Origin: Rikenellaceae bacterium
GTDB taxonomy: Bacteria > Bacteroidota > Bacteroidia > Bacteroidales > Rikenellaceae
DNA length: 64,000 bases
NCBI GenBank assembly: GCA_047172505.1
Contig: JBCQWE010000007.1
Location: 5,198 to 69,197 of the forward strand
Reading direction: 5' to 3'
Shown: piece after piece, positions 62,353 through 64,000 of the stretch
How the letters are laid out: every line of letters starts with the position of its first letter
How positions within the stretch are numbered: the first letter of the stretch is position 1
Notes under the pieces: model-generated
The model's input: only the letters and a program-made list of their open reading frames with translations
Database searches by the model: none
What the model was told of the DNA's origin: nothing
Made by a program: the position numbers and the translations under genes

Positions 62353-62397
62353 AAAGATGAGCCTTGGGTGTTAAACCTGGGGCTCATCTTTTTTTTT
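62353..62397 (+). terminator. Intrinsic terminator
   Basis: AAAGATGAGCCTTGGG-loop-CCTGGGGCTCATCTTT followed by a T-run. Confidence 0.85.
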
Positions 62398-62404
62398 GTG
62401 TTAT

Positions 62405-62487
62405 GGGTTGGGTGGCTGAGACTTAACTGAGACTTAACTGAGACTTAACTGAGAAGTACTGAGACTTAACTGAGTTTTCTGTAACTC
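62405..62487 (+). repeat. CTGAGACTTAA 11-mer tandem array
   Basis: Six CTGAG units at 62416-62474, preceded by GGGTT and ending TGTAACTC as at 37759-37822. Confidence 0.85.
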
Positions 62488-62518
62488 GCTTTTGGGTCAT
62501 GCAGCAGCGGTGGTGCTA

Positions 62519-63502
62519 TCACCGCCGACAGAGTCGCCCCTGGTAGGTGTTGCGCTCGCAGAGTCGTTTTTCGAAGAGCGAGAGCATGGTTTCGTTGCGC
62601 GTAAGTCCCCAATTTGGACCGTAGTGGTAGCGGGGTGGGGCTTCGGATGCGAAACGTTCGACGACGATCTCGGGGCGCAGGTGTTCGAGAAGATCGATAA
62701 ACAGGTCGATATACTCCTCGCGCTGCCAGAAGTGGAACTTCGAAGGTTGCGCGTCGTACTCGGCCGCCATCTGGGTGCCCTTAAATATCTGTAGTTGGTG
62801 GAACTTCACGGTGCTCAGGGGTAACGAATTGATAGTGTCGATCTGTGCGTGCAGCATCTCCGTGCTCTCGCCAGGCAGCCCCAAGATGAAGTGGGCCCCA
62901 GTGTGAATTCCGCGCTCCGCGCTCTGCTCCACAGCCCAGCGCGCTACCTCGAAGTTGTGGCCACGATTTATAGCTTGCAGCGTAGTATCGTAAGTCGATT
63001 CGATGCCATATTCCAAAGCCACGTAGTGCGACGTGGCGAGGTGGGCGAAGAAATCGAGCTTCTGCGGATCGACACAGTCGGGTCGAGTGCCAACAATTAT
63101 CCCCGAGATCTTGGGGTGCGCAAGTGCCTCATTGTAAATCTTTTCTAGCTCCGAGAGTGGGGCATAAGTATTTGAAAATGATTGGAAGTAGGCCAGATAC
63201 TTGGTTGCCTTGCGGTAGCGGCGCGTGTGAAATTCCACCCCCTCGTCGATCTGCTGCTCGATGCTTTTGCTAGGGGTGCAGTACGAGGGTGTGAATGCTT
63301 CGTTGATGCAAAACGTGCAGCCGCCTGTGCCCACTGCGCCATCGCGATTGGGGCAACTAAATCCCGCGTTGATTGCCACCTTCTGCACGCGGCTGCCGAA
63401 GAGCCCTTTGAAGTATGCCGAATAGGAGTTGAAACGTCGCGGCGCGAAGAGTTCTGGTGGTTGAATTGTCAAATCGTTAATAGATTGTGAATATCTTCTC
63501 AT
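62519..63502 (-). CDS. TIGR01212 / YhcC-family radical SAM protein
   Basis: GFSCPNRDG, GGCTFC, YFQSFSNTY, GTRPDC, INRGH. Confidence 0.92.
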   Translation of the reverse strand: MRRYSQSINDLTIQPPELFAPRRFNSYSAYFKGLFGSRVQKVAINAGFSCPNRDGAVGTGGCTFCINEAFTPSYCTPSKSIEQQIDEGVEFHTRRYRKATKYLAYFQSFSNTYAPLSELEKIYNEALAHPKISGIIVGTRPDCVDPQKLDFFAHLATSHYVALEYGIESTYDTTLQAINRGHNFEVARWAVEQSAERGIHTGAHFILGLPGESTEMLHAQIDTINSLPLSTVKFHQLQIFKGTQMAAEYDAQPSKFHFWQREEYIDLFIDLLEHLRPEIVVERFASEAPPRYHYGPNWGLTRNETMLSLFEKRLCERNTYQGRLCRR

Positions 63503-63569
63503 TATTTTTGTGGCTGCGTATTGTTAAAATCATTATCTTTGCCCACAAAGATACTTAAATTTTAAGATT

Positions 63570-63884
63570 ATGACAAAGATTAATGGTGCAGAGGGAGGAA
63601 TTGATATTGAACTAGATGAGCAGATCGCACAAGGCCAGTATGCAAATCTTGCAATTATATCACACTCGCCAACTGAATTTGTAATGGATTTCGCAACGGT
63701 ATTGCCAGGCATGCCCAAGGCTAAGGTGGTTAGTCGATTGATACTCACCCCCGAACACGCTAAACGTTTGCTCTATTCGCTTCAAGAAAACATCGCTCGC
63801 TACGAAACCAATCATGGTCCTATCGCGATTCACCAACGCGAGGGCGGCATGCCTTCAACTATGGCGCCTGTGGGCGAAGCTTAG
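63570..63884 (+). CDS. DUF3467 family protein
   Basis: GQYANLAIISHSPTEFVMDF, SRLILTPEHAKRL; -7 box TATCTTTG at 63534-63541. Confidence 0.85.
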   Translation: MTKINGAEGGIDIELDEQIAQGQYANLAIISHSPTEFVMDFATVLPGMPKAKVVSRLILTPEHAKRLLYSLQENIARYETNHGPIAIHQREGGMPSTMAPVGEA

Positions 63885-63904
63885 TTTTTAACACTTATCA
63901 ACAA

Positions 63905-64000
63905 ATGTCAACAATTCAATATACGCCCAGTGGGGTTTGCTGCCGCCAAATGGAGATCGAGGTGGAGGGCGACACCCTAAAATCGGTAATATTTTACGGT
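63905..64000 (+). CDS. TIGR03905 TSCPD-domain protein (3' end outside window)
   Basis: Translated by hand: MSTIQYTPSGVCCRQMEIEVEGDTLKSVIFYG. Confidence 0.7.
   Translation, partial: MSTIQYTPSGVCCRQMEIEVEGDTLKSVIFYG

Overview
A 64-kb chromosomal window from a Bacteroidota genome, most consistent with Bacteroidales/Rikenellaceae (Alistipes-like). The basis is repeated TAnnTTTG -7 promoter boxes, A-rich translation starts with no obvious Shine-Dalgarno, and the gene set. It is mostly housekeeping: a TolC/MacAB-type efflux operon with a LytS/LytTR pair, ubiE, lolE, PatA/PatB-like O-acetylation genes, a TonB-dependent receptor, a frameshifted AsmA-family gene, an iorAB-aminotransferase-paaK-ACT operon, folC, lnt, a long RelA/SpoT homologue, deoC, tpiA, lysS, gdhA, mreBCD-mrdA-rodA, a Clp ATPase, rarA, aspS and tadA. 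I saw no rRNA, tRNA, CRISPR array, prophage or transposase. Two things stand out. (1) A 124-aa upstream ORF (13826-14200) has its own consensus promoter, a hydrophobic N-terminus, an HxH-x8-HxH cluster and a C-terminal RAPP motif, and lies directly before a CxxC-plug TonB receptor. It is a candidate histidine-based metal-sensing ribosome-arrest leader. (2) The intergenic DNA carries several modular non-autonomous repeat families: CGTC-type REP palindromes packaged inside terminal-inverted-repeat shells, a multi-hairpin element with compensatory changes, and a CTGAG/CCCCTCC element whose inverted copies bracket deoC and a nucleotidase gene. All alignments were done by eye and no database searches were run.
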